A stretch of DNA of 64,000 nucleotides from an uncultured Chroococcidiopsis sp. GTDB lineage: Bacteria > Cyanobacteriota > Cyanobacteriia > Cyanobacteriales > Chroococcidiopsidaceae. Every line of letters begins with the position of its first letter. Position 1 is the stretch's first letter. Shown piece by piece: positions 42,575 to 54,320 of this stretch. The notes beneath the pieces are model-generated. The model searched no databases and had not been told where the DNA came from. It saw only the letters and a program-made list of their open reading frames with translations. Location: assembly GCA_964248365.1 (NCBI GenBank), contig CAXTYC010000026.1, forward strand, positions 10,658-74,657, given 5' to 3'. The position numbers were made by a program, and so were the translations under genes.

Positions 42575-42770
42575 TATTATCTTACTTGTAAGCAGTTACA
42601 CACTGCTAATTTTTGGCTGGTGGATTCTTGTAGCACCAGCTTTATTAGTTTTGCTGGTAAATGGTGTTGGACTGACTGCATTCTATCAATACGATCAATC
42701 TTTGAGAAATCGAATTGCTGAACGTCAATTGATCAAGGTTTACAAGGATGGCGATCGCAGTTTGCTCTAA
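42575..42770 (+). pseudogene. Fragment of CHASE2-domain sensor kinase
   Basis: LLVSSYTLLIFGWWILVAPALLVLLVNGVGLTAFYQYDQSLRNRIAERQLI; resembles the post-CHASE2 TM/linker region; no start or kinase domain. Confidence 0.55.
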
Positions 42771-42802
42771 TTCTTGAGTATTTGTACGGGAACCAGTGCC
42801 AG

Positions 42803-42954
42803 CCCAAGCAGACAACACGTACGCTCATAGGCGTACCATCTAACATTAGACCTCAAGACTCGTCCCAATTGCTACGAGGTCTAGTAAATATTGCTACTGC
42901 CATTCCGAGTTGCTGAGCAAGTGTTCGGGAGGCAAGGCTTATTTACTGCTTGGG
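42803..42954. ncRNA. Putative structured non-coding element (closing stem plus three hairpins)
   Basis: CCCAAGCA/TGCTTGGG, GTACGC/GCGTAC, TAGACCTC/GAGGTCTA, GTAAATA...TATTTAC long hairpin. Confidence 0.45.
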
Positions 42955-42967
42955 GGGTAGGGCGTTG

Positions 42968-45811
42968 CTAGTCGATATTTTGTGTCGCCCCGCTAATCGC
43001 ATCCAACAAGAACAAACCCATATCTTTATGCAGTGCTTCATTATGCTGCGGACACCTGGTTGAATGTAGACACCTTGGACAACCCGCTTCACAATCACAT
43101 TCGGCTGCTAGGGCAATTGATGCCGCCGCAAATTTAGGTAAGTCATAGAAAATAGCTTCTGCTGCTCCATTACCACCTTCACAAGTGTCAAAAAAGTAGC
43201 CAATTGTTTTAGTCTGTTTTTGCGTTGTAACTATTGCGTCCACATCCAAACTAGAGGATAAAACTACCAAAGGTACAGCTTTTACTATCTGGTGCTGAAT
43301 GCTGTGCAGTGCTATAAAATCAGCGCTGCTAGTCCACAATGAAAGATGAAGTTCTGGAATTTCACCACTTGTTGAGTTTATAAGTTCTTTCTTGTATTGG
43401 TTAGCTTGTACTTGCAGGGCTTTTTGTAGGGGTTCATTTATTTCCACTAGGAGGCAGGGTGCTTGGTATTTTGTCACGTAAGGCGGATCAAAAGCCACTT
43501 CTGACTGAAGCAAAGTCACTTCAGCGGTGGACAGAGGATGCTTGCACTTTTGACAAGTTTTTCCTTCAAGCGGTTTTTTATAGTTAGCGCAACGCTGGCT
43601 TTTACAAGTCATTCCATAGGCGCGTTTCATCAAACGATAACCTGTAACTGAATTAGTAATTTCTCCCCAAACCAGAGTTAATCTAACCCGTGCATCTTTG
43701 ATGTTGGTAGGGACAATCTTGGATTGTGCCAATGTAGAAAGTGGTTGAATATCTAGTTCCGATTCGGCAGAGGTAAATAAATCTATATCTTTACCTAAAA
43801 ACGTTAGTATTGCTTCTTGTTTCTCTTCGTTTAGGCTCTCGCTGCGGTAGGCGATTAACTCTCCGTTTTCATCTTGCACTGTATATATTGCCCCAGGAAA
43901 TACCTCCCGATGGGCAAGCATAAGAGACATAGTTTCTAAGATTTCGCCCGTATGCTTGTCAATTAAGGAAATTGAAGTTTGAGTGCTGCTTCTAATATTA
44001 ATCTCTCTGTGAGGATAACCCCTGCTCCAAAGTTTTCCGTTGCTCGTTATAAAAATTTTGTTTTGTTGTAAAAGAGAATCTGCAATTGCTAGGGCTGCTT
44101 TTCCAAAACGGGTATTGAGTTGATTTAAAGGCAGGCTACTTTCAACGCAACCGCATTCTAAATGTTTGCCTAGAATTGTTGGATAGTCAGGGTTAAAAGC
44201 AGCACGTTCAACTTCGCCGGACAGTAACTGTTCGGGATGCCGAGCGTAGAATACATCAATCGGGTTTTGTGCCAAGGGTAGATAAATCACAAGTCCGTGC
44301 TGTTTGCGTCCAGCTCTTCCCACTCGTTGCCAAAATGACATTAAGCTACCTGGAAATCCACGAAGCAAACAGCACTCTAGAGCAGGTAAATCAATTCCAG
44401 CTTCCAACGAAGAAGTAGAAATAATTACCTTGATTTGTCCGTCTAGCAGTTTTTGAATAATCTCGCGGCGGCGATCGCTCCTCAAGGAACTGTAAAACAC
44501 CGCCACCTTGCTTGTTAAATAACCATTTCCTTGGCGTTGTGCTTCCCTTTGAATTAACCCCAGTAAACCTTTGACAGCAGCACGGGAATTACAAAAGACA
44601 ATACCACTAAGGTTATGCTGCAACCAGGCTCCTACAATCTTAGCAGCTTCGACATTAGCTGCATTATTTGGAGCAAGGCATAATAAGGTACGCCCTGAAC
44701 TAGGAGCGCCACTGCGCTCAATTAGGTGTAGTTTTTCAGGTTCGTTAGTTCTGCCACTAAACCTAAGCGCCATTTCTTGGGGATTGCCAATTGTGGCACT
44801 AGAGCAGATAAATTGCAGAGCGAGGGAATTACCGCCAACAGTATCAACAGCTAGGCGCAGCCTCCGCATCAAATTAGCCACATGAGCGCCAAAAGCGCCA
44901 ACATAAGTGTGTGATTCATCAATTACTACCCAGCGCAACTGTTTTAAAAACTGTCTCATTCCTTCTTGTGATTCTCGCTGCCGCACATTGTAAAGATAGT
45001 AATGCAACAAGTCGGGACTGACTGCTAATATGTTTGGAGGATTGGGAATAAACAAGCGTATTCGTTCTTCTTTGGGTGTATCACCCGTCATTAATGCGAT
45101 TTTGAGGCAGTTGTTTGGCATCGCCTCCTTCAGCGATTGCAACTTTCCCATTTGATCGAGGGCTAATGCTTTAAGTGGGAAAATATATAATGCCGTTGTT
45201 TGCGGTTGCTCGATACACGATTCTAGAATAGCGAGGTTGTAGCACAGCGTCTTTCCACTTGCTGTCGGCGTGGTAATACTCAAGTCAAAACCAGCACGTA
45301 ACTTTGTCAGTGCTTCTAGTTGGTGAGAAAAAATGCTGACGATCCCGTTATTGTGCAACCCCAAACGCAAAGCCGGTGGTAAATCGTTGGGTATGGGGTA
45401 AACCATTCCTTGATTAGCATCTTTAATATCCACCGTCGTGATGGTTGCTATTAGTTCTTGAACTACAGACTGAAACGCCAAATGCGGGATTTGCCCAATG
45501 CGTTCGGAAATTGTTGCGGTTGCTGCACCCGTTTCTTCGAGCAACGGTGTTGTGGAAGAAATTCTGTTGGCATTACTCGGTTTAATCGATCCACGCGCGA
45601 TCGCTCTTTCCCAATCTCCAAATTGAGTTGGGTTGACTTCTTCAACAAACTTAGCAATTAACCGTCTGCCCAATATCCCCATTACTTCACCAACTCCATA
45701 CTCTGGCGAGTAAATATGCTTACCCACACTCAACCATTCGGGAGGAGGGGGAACAGTAGAGTTGGCGGCACGGATAATTGCGGCGTAATCAGTTGGTTTG
45801 TTGTCAGTCAC
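42968..45811 (-). CDS. DEAD/DEAH-box helicase with C-terminal DUF1998 (MrfA/Hrq1-like)
   Basis: TPTASGKT, VIDESHTY, SATIGNP, QRVGRAGR; FFDTCEGGNG and C.C..GCP.C zinc motif. Confidence 0.9.
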   Translation of the reverse strand: MTDNKPTDYAAIIRAANSTVPPPPEWLSVGKHIYSPEYGVGEVMGILGRRLIAKFVEEVNPTQFGDWERAIARGSIKPSNANRISSTTPLLEETGAATATISERIGQIPHLAFQSVVQELIATITTVDIKDANQGMVYPIPNDLPPALRLGLHNNGIVSIFSHQLEALTKLRAGFDLSITTPTASGKTLCYNLAILESCIEQPQTTALYIFPLKALALDQMGKLQSLKEAMPNNCLKIALMTGDTPKEERIRLFIPNPPNILAVSPDLLHYYLYNVRQRESQEGMRQFLKQLRWVVIDESHTYVGAFGAHVANLMRRLRLAVDTVGGNSLALQFICSSATIGNPQEMALRFSGRTNEPEKLHLIERSGAPSSGRTLLCLAPNNAANVEAAKIVGAWLQHNLSGIVFCNSRAAVKGLLGLIQREAQRQGNGYLTSKVAVFYSSLRSDRRREIIQKLLDGQIKVIISTSSLEAGIDLPALECCLLRGFPGSLMSFWQRVGRAGRKQHGLVIYLPLAQNPIDVFYARHPEQLLSGEVERAAFNPDYPTILGKHLECGCVESSLPLNQLNTRFGKAALAIADSLLQQNKIFITSNGKLWSRGYPHREINIRSSTQTSISLIDKHTGEILETMSLMLAHREVFPGAIYTVQDENGELIAYRSESLNEEKQEAILTFLGKDIDLFTSAESELDIQPLSTLAQSKIVPTNIKDARVRLTLVWGEITNSVTGYRLMKRAYGMTCKSQRCANYKKPLEGKTCQKCKHPLSTAEVTLLQSEVAFDPPYVTKYQAPCLLVEINEPLQKALQVQANQYKKELINSTSGEIPELHLSLWTSSADFIALHSIQHQIVKAVPLVVLSSSLDVDAIVTTQKQTKTIGYFFDTCEGGNGAAEAIFYDLPKFAAASIALAAECDCEAGCPRCLHSTRCPQHNEALHKDMGLFLLDAISGATQNID

Positions 45812-46311
45812 AAATCTGCGTTTCTGCTATTATTGAGCCATTTGTTAATTGTAAATATAAACAAGCAGCGGCTGTGGTGGCGATAAGCCCACGTTGCTTG
45901 TAACTAGCCAAAATTAGCCGTTGTACTACTGGCTCTATTAGTTCCGCTTGCAGCAGGAAGCAATGCCTGTCTTCTGCTGCAAGTCCTAAGAACGTGAATA
46001 ATGCCAGCTGGGTATCTATATTCAGATCCTGGGGCAATACCTAAATTCAGTGCGATCGCATCGCCGAAACTGGAACAAAAAAAGGGCAAAACATTCATTT
46101 ACAAACATTCTCTCAGAGGTCATTTGTGCGTACGATCGCGTTACCCTTGGGCGAAACCACAAGAAAAAGAGGCAATCGGGCGCAAAAACTGGGAATCAGT
46201 TATCAGTGAAAAGTAGAACAGTGAAAAGTAGAACAGACAAGCAGTTACCCAAATTGATAACTGATAACTGATAACTGACAATAGTCTCACAAATGCGATC
46301 GCAACTATCCT

Positions 46312-48118
46312 TTATTGGCAATGGTAAAGCTCATACTTAAAACCATTTGTCTTAAATCTGCGTTGGGAATCTACAACACAGTTTTGGGTATCTTTCTCTA
46401 ATTTGGCTACGGCGCGGGTAAAATTCACTATCCATAAATCAAATGGTCGTGGTAGCCCAGCCAGGGTTTTTGTAAGTGCAATTGTAGAGTTATTAGATAA
46501 TGGTTCTTGATCAGCTAAGAGAAATCAAGGGTAATTTTTTGCAGCATTTACTACCCAATTATAAGGATAAAAAAGACGTTTAAACTCATAACCCAACGCC
46601 ATCATTTCTCTTGTTTGTGCATGAGTTTTGTGAGCAGTAGCAATTAGGACTGTATTGTGAGAAGTATTTTGAATAATCGGAACTAAAAGATCTGCTCGTT
46701 CAATCTTTTGATAGCCAAAATTGTAAACTACAGTCAAAGCACCAAGAAAACCCAACAACCAACTTAGTATTACTACTTTTTTACCCTTTGCTTGGAGAAA
46801 ATGTAACAGAGATTGTTGGCAAGTAGACCATCCTAAATCCATCCTAGCTGCCAAATTAGTAGCATCCCAACAGATAGCAAATGCGGCTGCGATTACAACT
46901 ATAAAAGCTGGAAAATAACTGAAGTGATAACGAGCAGCGATGGATAAATCAGCACCGAGAGTATAAGTGATACCAAGAAAAAGCGCGATCGCTACCAAAA
47001 CATATCCACCTAATACAAGAGTTTCTAGGCGAGGTAGCGATCGCACAAGCCCAATTCGCCAGCCAGAAATTAAGCTTGCTAGTGTCCAGAACAGAAAAAT
47101 CAGCACCAAAGCACCACAAGCGATCTCAATCGGTGAACTTACTTCCTCGACGGGCAATAACCACAGCATAGTAATAATCCAAGCCAAGAATCTAGCGATC
47201 GTTTCCAGGCTGTTCTGGAAACGATTTCCATTAAAAATCCACTGCGTCATCTGATTATCTGGAATACTCCGCCAAGCAGGTAGCCAAACCAAGCCCCCCA
47301 CCAAAGTACCCGCAGCCACTGCATAGAGTCGCCATAAATATGGGTGAGGGGAAGCTGGGGGAGCTGGGGAAGCAAAAAGAAAATTTGTCTGTTTGCGCCT
47401 TTGCGTCTTTGCGTGACCAAAATCCAATTAAAACCAAAGCTTCGGCACACAGAGTAAGGGCGAAGAAGTAGTGAACAGCAATTCCCAAAGTGTTAACCAC
47501 CACCCAAGTTAATCCTACCCATATCGGCAGGCTCGTTCGACGATGGATAGTCCGCGTGGCTATTATCAAGCAAGACAAGGAAGCGATAATTAACAAAATC
47601 GCCAAAGTGTAATGACGGGGTTCTTGAGCTTGATAGATGCCATAGGGCGACACCGCCATCGTTGCTGCTGCGATTTGAGCAACTAATCGAGAGCGAAAAG
47701 CTAGCCAGCCTAAGCCAAAGATAGCTGGAATTGATACTACCCCCAAAATAGCACTAAGCGATCGCGCGGCACACAATGAAGCTAATCCATATTCTGTCGG
47801 AAATAGCCCCATCCACAGGTGATTCAGCATAAAGTAGACTGGGGGATGGGTACTCTCAGTCATTAAATTGTGAAAAACTGCACCGAGATCTTTCTGCAAA
47901 CGAGGTTGCAGCGGCATCAAGAGCGTATCTAGGGCGATCGCCTGATCGAGTGGTACGCTACTAAAACTATTTCCCAAGCTAAAAACCAGAGTGGCAAATT
48001 CATCTGACCAAGGTGATTTTGCCGTTAAATTGGTAAAACGCAAGGTAGCACCGATCGCTATCCACACCCCTAGCAGTGCAAAATGAAACCAGCCTGTATG
48101 GACGATCGCCTTTAACAA
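46312..48118 (-). pseudogene. Glycosyltransferase family 39-like membrane protein, disrupted
   Basis: WSDEFAT, ESTHPPVYF, QEPRHYTL; frameshift in or near a repeat insertion about 47340-47420; in-frame TGA at 46525-46527, after which FLLAD...RPFDLWIVNF...YELYHCQ* continues to 46312. Confidence 0.8.
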
Positions 48119-48178
48119 CCCATAGACCTCTCGAAACTATTGAAAATTAAAAATTAAAAATCAAAAAATGTAAATTCT

Positions 48179-48547
48179 CTAAGCATTGTTTTCTGCTGTG
48201 TAGCTATGAGGAAAAGTCTCTCCTACTTGCTCATAGTAGCGGCAACCCTCACACGGACCAGAGGGATTAACTGCACATCTGAGATAGCCGGAACGGGCAT
48301 TAAATCGGCAGCTAATATCGCCTATTAGATAACCAACTGAGTCTAGGTAATAGCGATCGCGCAGCGTCTGGGTAGGAGATTGGCTTGGAATTGGTGTGTT
48401 ATAACGCCTATGTGTCCTCACTCTATACCTGACGGTCATCGCTTGCCTTAACCTTGCTTGTGTCTGAGCTTCATTCCGGCGCATCATCCACAGGGAAAAC
48501 AGAGGTGGCATCAGTCCAACGGCAAAAATCCAAAGGGTTTCCAACAC
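48179..48547 (-). CDS. DUF6464-like cyanobacterial protein
   Basis: IGDISCRFNARSGYLRCAVNPSGPCEGC Cys motif. Confidence 0.75.
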   Translation of the reverse strand: MLETLWIFAVGLMPPLFSLWMMRRNEAQTQARLRQAMTVRYRVRTHRRYNTPIPSQSPTQTLRDRYYLDSVGYLIGDISCRFNARSGYLRCAVNPSGPCEGCRYYEQVGETFPHSYTAENNA

Positions 48548-48988
48548 TTAATTGTTACCTCTATGCAAACATTTAGATAAGTTACTCAATACCTACTACC
48601 AGGAAAGACGTAGCGGGGCTCGTCTCTACCATTTACCGCGTTCCCCTAACTACTGTCTTTCTTTAAATTTAAAACAGCTGCTCGATGTCGGAGTGTCTGT
48701 GCGAACAGTTGTGTCCGTCCGAATTAAATTAACTGTTCGGTGGCTAATACGGCACTAGCTTCGTTACGCTTGACATCAAGAACGATTAGTGGTAGATATT
48801 CGCTTATCTTTTTGGTTTGCTTTGGCTTGTTATGTAATTCGCTGTTGACAATTAATGCCGTTGGCGATCGCTTTCAACTTAAATATTGCTATTTCTAACT
48901 CGCCTGATTACTGATGTCAGTTCTTTCATACCCATTTGCGGCAAGCTACTAAAAGAGGGGCTAGCTCCAAGCCACCAGCCCCTTGAGA

Positions 48989-51781
48989 TTAAACTAGCTC
49001 CGAAGGCGCGGTCGGCGCTGGTTGAATTTGTGGTTGGAATTGGAACAGTGAGTATACCACATTGCGGCGAATGTTGGTCATCATGTCCAAAAATAGCTCG
49101 TATCCCTCGCTCTTGTACTCGATCAACGGGTCTTTTTGTCCATAGCCGCGCAGTCCCACTGATTCGCGTAGGGCATCCATTTGTTGCAGGTGTTCGCGCC
49201 AGAGATAGTCAATTTGCTGCAAGATAAAGAATCGCTCGGCTTGTCGCGTCAGTCCAGGTTGGACTTGCTCGATCTCGGCTTCTTTCATGTCGTAGGCATT
49301 TCGCGCCTGCTCATGTAGGAAGGTTTTGATTTCGCTGACAGAAAGATCGTCTAGTTGCTGTGGCTCTAAATCAGCAAGCAAATAGATAAATTCCTGTACT
49401 TTGCTCACTAGCTTAGCCACGTCCCAATCTTCCGATGGTAAGTCTGGGTTGATGTAGTAATCTACGATCTCATCCATTGTTTTTTCAGCGTACTTGATCA
49501 CCTGTTCTTTCAGGTCTTGACCTTCGAGTACGCGACGACGTTCAGCGTAGATAGCACGACGTTGGTTATTCATCACCTCGTCGTACTCAAACACCTGCTT
49601 ACGAATATCGTAATAGTAGGTTTCAACCTTTTTCTGAGCGCCTTCCAAGCTGCGGGTGAGCATCCCAGATTCGATGGGCATATCTTCTTCGACTTTGAAG
49701 GCATTCATCAAGCCAGCTACGCGATCGCCACCGAATATCCGCAACAAGTTATCTTGCAGACTGAGGAAAAATCTCGTAGAACCAGGGTCGCCTTGTCGTC
49801 CCGCCCGTCCCCGTAGCTGGTTGTCAATTCGGCGTGATTCGTGGCGTTCTGTACCAATTACGTGCAGACCACCTAGCGATACTACTTCATCGTGTTCTCG
49901 GCTAGTGAATTGTTCGTATTCGTGCTTAACTCGGTTGTATACTTCCCGCAGCTTTTGAATTACTGGGTCATCTGTAGGAGCTTTTTCAGCGGCGACAGCT
50001 ATTTTGTCTTCTGCCTCTAGTTCTGGTAAGCTGCGCTCTCCATACTCCTGCACCGCCAAATCTACTGCTTGTTTGAGCAGTTGTTCTGTTTCGCGCGTTA
50101 GGCTGGTGGGGTAAATTTGGGGCGACGCTTTCCATGTCTTGACTTTCCTACCTGGGACAAAGCCTTGACCGCTACCCGTTGAGGCTGGTATACCGGGAGT
50201 GCGTGGTAGGGCAAACATATCTTCTTCATCTGGCTGTACGATGCGGGGCATAAAGTACTCGCGCAGCTTCAGACGTGCCATGTACTCGGCATTACCACCC
50301 AAAATGATGTCTGTGCCTCGACCTGCCATGTTTGTGGCGATCGTCAATGTACCTTTTCTACCTGCTTGGGCAATGATTTCTGATTCCCGTTCTACGTTCT
50401 CTGGTCGGGCGTTGAGTAAGTTGTAGGGAATTCCTAGCTGGTTTAACAGCCCGCTGAGGTATTCGGATTTTTCAACGCTGGTAGTTCCCACTAGTACAGG
50501 TCGCCCCTGTTGATGCATTTCGGCGCATTCTTGGGCGATCGCTCTCCACTTTGCCTCTTCGGTTTTAAACACCATATCCGACCAGTCTTGGCGGCTTCTA
50601 CGTCGGTTAGTGGGAATGATTGTTACTTCGAGTTTGTAAATCTTTTCAAACTCTGCTTCTTCGGTCTTAGCTGTCCCTGTCATGCCTGCTAACTTGTTAT
50701 ATAGCAAGAACAGGTTTTGATAGGTAATCGTTGCCAGAGTCTGAGTTTCCGGTTGAATCTCTACTCGTTCTTTTGCTTCAATTGCCTGGTGCAGTCCATC
50801 ACTCCAACGTCGTCCAGGCAGTACCCGTCCGGTAAACTCATCCACAATTACTATTTCACCATTGCGGACAATGTAGTTTACATCCTTGAGAAACAGTTCT
50901 TTGGCTTTAATTGCATTAAATACAAAGTGCGCCCAAGGATCATTGGGGTCGAACAAGTCTGTTACTTCAAGTAAATTTTCTGATTCGGCAAACCCTTCAT
51001 CTGTTAGCAGCACGTTACGAGCTTTTTCATCTACTTCGTAATGATCTTCCTTGTTCAAGGCTGCTGCTATTTGGGCGGCTCGGAGGTATTTTTCTGTTGG
51101 TTTTTCAACTTGCCCAGATATAATCAGTGGTGTCCGCGCTTCGTCGATTAAAATTGAGTCTACCTCGTCAATGATGCAGTAGTTTAATGGACGTTGCACC
51201 ACATCTGCCATCGAGGTTGCCATGTTATCGCGCAAGTAGTCGAAGCCGACTTCACTATTTGTGACATAGGTGATGTCGCAGTCATAGTTTTTCTTACGCT
51301 CATTGGGTCCCATGCCTTGCTGAATTAGCCCGACACTCAACCCCAAGAAACGATGCACCTGTCCCATCCACTCGGCATCTCGCCGCGCCAGGTAATCGTT
51401 AACGGTGACTACGTGTACTCCTTTACCAGTTAGGGCATTTAAGTAAGCTGGTAGGGTGGCAACTAAGGTTTTGCCTTCACCAGTTTTCATTTCGGCAATT
51501 TGCCCTTGGTGGAGAATAGTGCCACCTAAAAGTTGAACATCAAAGTGTCGCAGCCCCAACACCCGCCGTGCGGTTTCCCGTACAGTGGCAAATGCTTCTG
51601 GTAGTAAGTCATCCAGGGTTTCGCCTTTTTCTAGCCGAGATTTAAATTCGGCTGTTTTGCTGGCTAGTTGGTCATCGGAAAGTGCCTGAATATCTTCCTC
51701 TAACAGGTTGATTTCTGTAACGTAAGGCTGGTATTTTTTGAGCTTACGAGCGTTTGGATCGCCCAGCAAGGTTTTCAGCAT
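48989..51781 (-). CDS. secA: Preprotein translocase subunit SecA
   Basis: [48 protein letters not shown]. Confidence 0.98.
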   Translation of the reverse strand: MLKTLLGDPNARKLKKYQPYVTEINLLEEDIQALSDDQLASKTAEFKSRLEKGETLDDLLPEAFATVRETARRVLGLRHFDVQLLGGTILHQGQIAEMKTGEGKTLVATLPAYLNALTGKGVHVVTVNDYLARRDAEWMGQVHRFLGLSVGLIQQGMGPNERKKNYDCDITYVTNSEVGFDYLRDNMATSMADVVQRPLNYCIIDEVDSILIDEARTPLIISGQVEKPTEKYLRAAQIAAALNKEDHYEVDEKARNVLLTDEGFAESENLLEVTDLFDPNDPWAHFVFNAIKAKELFLKDVNYIVRNGEIVIVDEFTGRVLPGRRWSDGLHQAIEAKERVEIQPETQTLATITYQNLFLLYNKLAGMTGTAKTEEAEFEKIYKLEVTIIPTNRRRSRQDWSDMVFKTEEAKWRAIAQECAEMHQQGRPVLVGTTSVEKSEYLSGLLNQLGIPYNLLNARPENVERESEIIAQAGRKGTLTIATNMAGRGTDIILGGNAEYMARLKLREYFMPRIVQPDEEDMFALPRTPGIPASTGSGQGFVPGRKVKTWKASPQIYPTSLTRETEQLLKQAVDLAVQEYGERSLPELEAEDKIAVAAEKAPTDDPVIQKLREVYNRVKHEYEQFTSREHDEVVSLGGLHVIGTERHESRRIDNQLRGRAGRQGDPGSTRFFLSLQDNLLRIFGGDRVAGLMNAFKVEEDMPIESGMLTRSLEGAQKKVETYYYDIRKQVFEYDEVMNNQRRAIYAERRRVLEGQDLKEQVIKYAEKTMDEIVDYYINPDLPSEDWDVAKLVSKVQEFIYLLADLEPQQLDDLSVSEIKTFLHEQARNAYDMKEAEIEQVQPGLTRQAERFFILQQIDYLWREHLQQMDALRESVGLRGYGQKDPLIEYKSEGYELFLDMMTNIRRNVVYSLFQFQPQIQPAPTAPSELV

Positions 51782-52223
51782 GGTTGGTTAAGAGAAAATT
51801 TAAGCAGTTATGAGTTTGTCTGTGCGGGTTTTTCAGCAATTGTCTGTCTGACTACAGATATTTCTGGTAAACCCGTTCGCATCCAAGTTTTGCGTTTTGA
51901 TTTTGCCATCACCAAGAGTTTGGTGGAAAGTTTTAGCTAATTGCTAACTTTTTTTCAAAATTTATGATTTTGCAGTTAGTTTTTGCTGATAGTCTTGATT
52001 TTAGACTAGATATATCGTATCATTTCCCTCTCTATAGGAAAGAGGTGGGTAGGCGAAGTCTTTTGGTAGAGAATTCCCAACTAGTGGAACCAGTGGAACC
52101 AGTGACTGGTGACTAGAGAAAACCAACCTTTATACTAAGAGTGTAAATTCTAGGATCGCGTCGCCACTAACCACTTTTCTAGCTAGTGGAACCACTGGTT
52201 CCACTAACCACTGGTTCCACTAG

Positions 52224-52787
52224 CTAAGGCGAGTTTTCCCATTCTGGGGTTAGGCGACGAAAGTTATATTCACTCGCGCTGGGATGACAACTAACACAGC
52301 TGCTAGCATTGACCGAGCGTGGTAGCTTGACTTTAGGATGCAAGGCTTTGAAATAGCGAGAGTCTTCTGTGCGAAATGGTATTTCTTCGTCTTTGTTGAG
52401 GGGACGGGAAAAAGCTCTAAGATAGTTCCACACTAGTAAGCGAGGTGGATCGATTAAAGGTTTAATCTGGACACCGTAATGCTGCGAGTCTTGAAGTACA
52501 CGTTGCCATGTTTGAGTGGGTAAAACAGCAGGTGGTACAGCAATATGGCAAGTAGCACAATTTTCTAAGTATAGTTGTTGCCCTAGTTGGTAGCGCGCTG
52601 GAACTGGATCAACTCCTGTGATGGTATCATTTGCCGATTTGGGGGTGGTTGGTTGGGCATTTGTTACCTGGGCTAAACCCCAGCCTATGACCAGACTCCA
52701 CAGCAACAGTAGCAGAAATAATAACCCTTGCGATCGCAAGAGTCGTCGCTGAGATTTTTGCTTTAATTTATTTAACATCCTGAACAC
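52224..52787 (-). CDS. Diheme cytochrome c family protein
   Basis: Two CxxCH motifs (CATCH, CVSCH) and N-terminal signal/TM segment. Confidence 0.85.
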   Translation of the reverse strand: MFRMLNKLKQKSQRRLLRSQGLLFLLLLLWSLVIGWGLAQVTNAQPTTPKSANDTITGVDPVPARYQLGQQLYLENCATCHIAVPPAVLPTQTWQRVLQDSQHYGVQIKPLIDPPRLLVWNYLRAFSRPLNKDEEIPFRTEDSRYFKALHPKVKLPRSVNASSCVSCHPSASEYNFRRLTPEWENSP

Positions 52788-53155
52788 TCGCCTTTCTTGC
52801 AGGCGAAAGCATCTGACACTTTGATATCATATGCGGACTTGCATTACCTTCAAGTTCTTGAGCCAGGAAACAAGTCAGACTAGCTGTGTTCATCAGTTAC
52901 AACGCCCATCAGGTCACATCCTTCCATTCTTGCTGCCTCTAGCAAACAAAAATGCTTTCTTGTCTAAAAACTTCACTAAAGGGCAAGTGACCAAGCAATT
53001 ATCAATTATCAACGATCAATTATCAATTAAAAGACAACAAGAGACAATGGCTAAAAGTTTGACTCCAATTGTGCTTGATTAGTTGATTGATAATTGTTAA
53101 TTAATAATTGATAACTGGGGTTCCCAATTTGATCCTAAGAGCAATTGGTGTAAAA

Positions 53156-53983
53156 TTAGACTTTAGAGCGATCTGTCAAAATTTCGTAGCCGCTGTCTGT
53201 CACCAAGACAGTATGCTCAAATTGAGCCGACAAAGAATTATCTACCGTTACAGCTGTCCAGCGATCGGCTAGTATGCGAGTAAGTTTAGATCCAGCATTC
53301 AAGATCGGCTCGATAGCAAGTGTCATACCTGAGCGAAGTTTAACATTAGGCATTTCACGGGTACGGAAGTTAAAGACTGATGGTTCCTCATGAAGATTAC
53401 GACCTACACCATGTCCTGTGAAGTCTTCGACTACAGCGAAACCATTTGCCTCCACATGATCTTGAATCGCACCTGCAATGTCGATTAAATAGTTTCCGGC
53501 TTTAACTTGTTCAATACCTTTGTAAAGGGATTCTTCTGCCACACGAATCAGTTTAGCCGCGTGGGGTGTGACTTCGCCGACTGGGATCGTAATGCAGGAG
53601 TCGCCATGAAAGCCTTGGTAGTAAGCTCCGGTATCTACTTTGATCACATCCCCCGCGCGGAGGATTTTTTTAGAATTGGGGATGCCATGCACAACTTCGT
53701 TATTAACACTGGCACAGATGGAAGCAGGAAAACCGTGATATCCCTTAAAGCTAGGAGTAGCACCCATTTCACGGATGCGCTTTTCTGCATGAGCATCCAA
53801 GTCCGCAGTCGTCATTCCAGGCTCTACCATCTCTGAAATCTCTTTCAGGACGGTTGCTACAATCAAAGCTGATTGGCGCATGATCTCAATTTCACGGGGT
53901 GATTTAATTTCAATTCCTCTGCGCTGTTTTTTGGAACGCCCACCTACCGCAGGTTGAGAAAGCAGATTGCTGAGAATATTCAT
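53156..53983 (-). CDS. map: Type I methionine aminopeptidase
   Basis: [30 protein letters not shown]. Confidence 0.96.
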   Translation of the reverse strand: MNILSNLLSQPAVGGRSKKQRRGIEIKSPREIEIMRQSALIVATVLKEISEMVEPGMTTADLDAHAEKRIREMGATPSFKGYHGFPASICASVNNEVVHGIPNSKKILRAGDVIKVDTGAYYQGFHGDSCITIPVGEVTPHAAKLIRVAEESLYKGIEQVKAGNYLIDIAGAIQDHVEANGFAVVEDFTGHGVGRNLHEEPSVFNFRTREMPNVKLRSGMTLAIEPILNAGSKLTRILADRWTAVTVDNSLSAQFEHTVLVTDSGYEILTDRSKV

Positions 53984-54320
53984 GGATATAGGAGAAGTAG
54001 TTAAATTGATTAGTTATCGAACTAAAAAACAAAGGATGACGACTGAAAATCTTGTCAACACCAGCTAGAGTTGGCGCTAGATTACGATCGCTCGGTCGAG
54101 CAAGAGGATTGCTCAGGATAATTGATGTCACATCTATATTTTAAATTAACACTACTTCACTATTTAACTTGCTTCTATCGGTTCAGACGTTGGGGAGCTT
54201 TCGGGAGCTTGCGGGAGATGGGGAGATGAGGAGATGGGGAGAAATCCTCCCTATCTCCTCACCATCCTATCGGGTCATCCTCTTCTGGTTCCTCTAGCCC
54301 CTAGCCTCTCACTTTTTCCC

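Noticed and set aside
42787..42935. Cobalamin riboswitch (GGGAA...GCTACTG...CGGGAGGC)
   Set aside because: Other core elements such as the B12 box are not recognisable, and no co-oriented downstream gene exists
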